Positions 63,939 to 64,000 of a stretch of DNA of 64,000 bases are shown here, piece by piece. The position numbers and the translations under genes were made by a program. The notes beneath the pieces are model-generated. The model was not told the origin of the DNA. It was given only the letters and a program-made list of their open reading frames with translations, and did not search any database. The DNA comes from Candidatus Woesearchaeota archaeon (GTDB lineage: Archaea; Nanobdellota; Nanobdellia; Woesearchaeales; SM23-78), in assembly GCA_016932315.1 (NCBI GenBank), contig JAFGDD010000004.1:35457-99456 (forward strand), in the 5' to 3' direction. Position 1 is the stretch's first letter, and every line of letters begins with the position of its first letter.

Positions 63939-64000
63939 ATCTTCTATACGTTTTATAGCACCTGACCCTTGAAGTTGAGGAGCTACAACACTAATGAGAC

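Overview
This 64-kb window is AT-rich (roughly 35-40% GC by eye) and clearly archaeal. It encodes TATA-binding protein, MCM helicase, the DNA polymerase D large subunit (DP2) and aIF2-beta. Coding density is high, with many overlapping or tightly spaced co-oriented genes. The content breaks into six parts.

1. Housekeeping and sugar metabolism at the 5' end: a macro-domain protein, a nucleoside phosphorylase, an Mre11-like nuclease, a class II fructose-bisphosphate aldolase and a ROK sugar kinase.

2. A MoxR / vWA / DUF58 (Bat-like) module, containing two large membrane vWA proteins. An odd 465-bp intergenic element, GC-elevated and rich in hairpins, is wedged between the moxR and DUF58 genes.

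3. A contiguous fermentative energy island: PEP synthase, the four PFOR subunits (porGDAB), acetate kinase, phosphotransacetylase, and a four-gene group-3b sulfhydrogenase-like [NiFe] hydrogenase (beta-gamma-delta-alpha order) with a maturation protease and a short HypC-like ORF.

4. An ABC-2 (YhgE/Pip-like) exporter operon ending in a secreted protein with two thioredoxin-like modules.

5. The most unusual region: a roughly 16-kb block at 37.6-53.5 kb in which every gene lies on the minus strand. It holds four small proteins with archaeal type-IV-pilin-like (class III) signal peptides, a 670-aa type-I membrane protein, three giant cysteine-rich secreted proteins of 675, 1001 and 1530 aa, and a Memo-family (AmmeMemoRadiSam protein B-like) enzyme. 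The membrane protein carries Myxococcus-type cysteine-rich repeats and a disordered cytoplasmic tail. Two of the giants share a roughly 125-aa Cys-rich module. I interpret this block as a candidate cell-surface, pilus or adhesin system, possibly for host or partner attachment.

6. An information-processing cluster at the 3' end. TBP carries an unusual 58-aa Lys-rich N-terminal tail and a promoter with four TATA-like boxes. MCM is followed by an OB-fold plus winged-helix RPA32-like protein, then aIF2-beta and PolD DP2. This cluster also holds a ThiI-like THUMP protein with a degenerate PP-loop. Its promoter region carries a five-copy, 10-bp-phased array of the palindrome GTTATAAC, immediately downstream of a winged-helix regulator gene.

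No rRNA, tRNA, CRISPR array or clear transposase was found. All functional calls are from motif recognition by eye; no database search was run.
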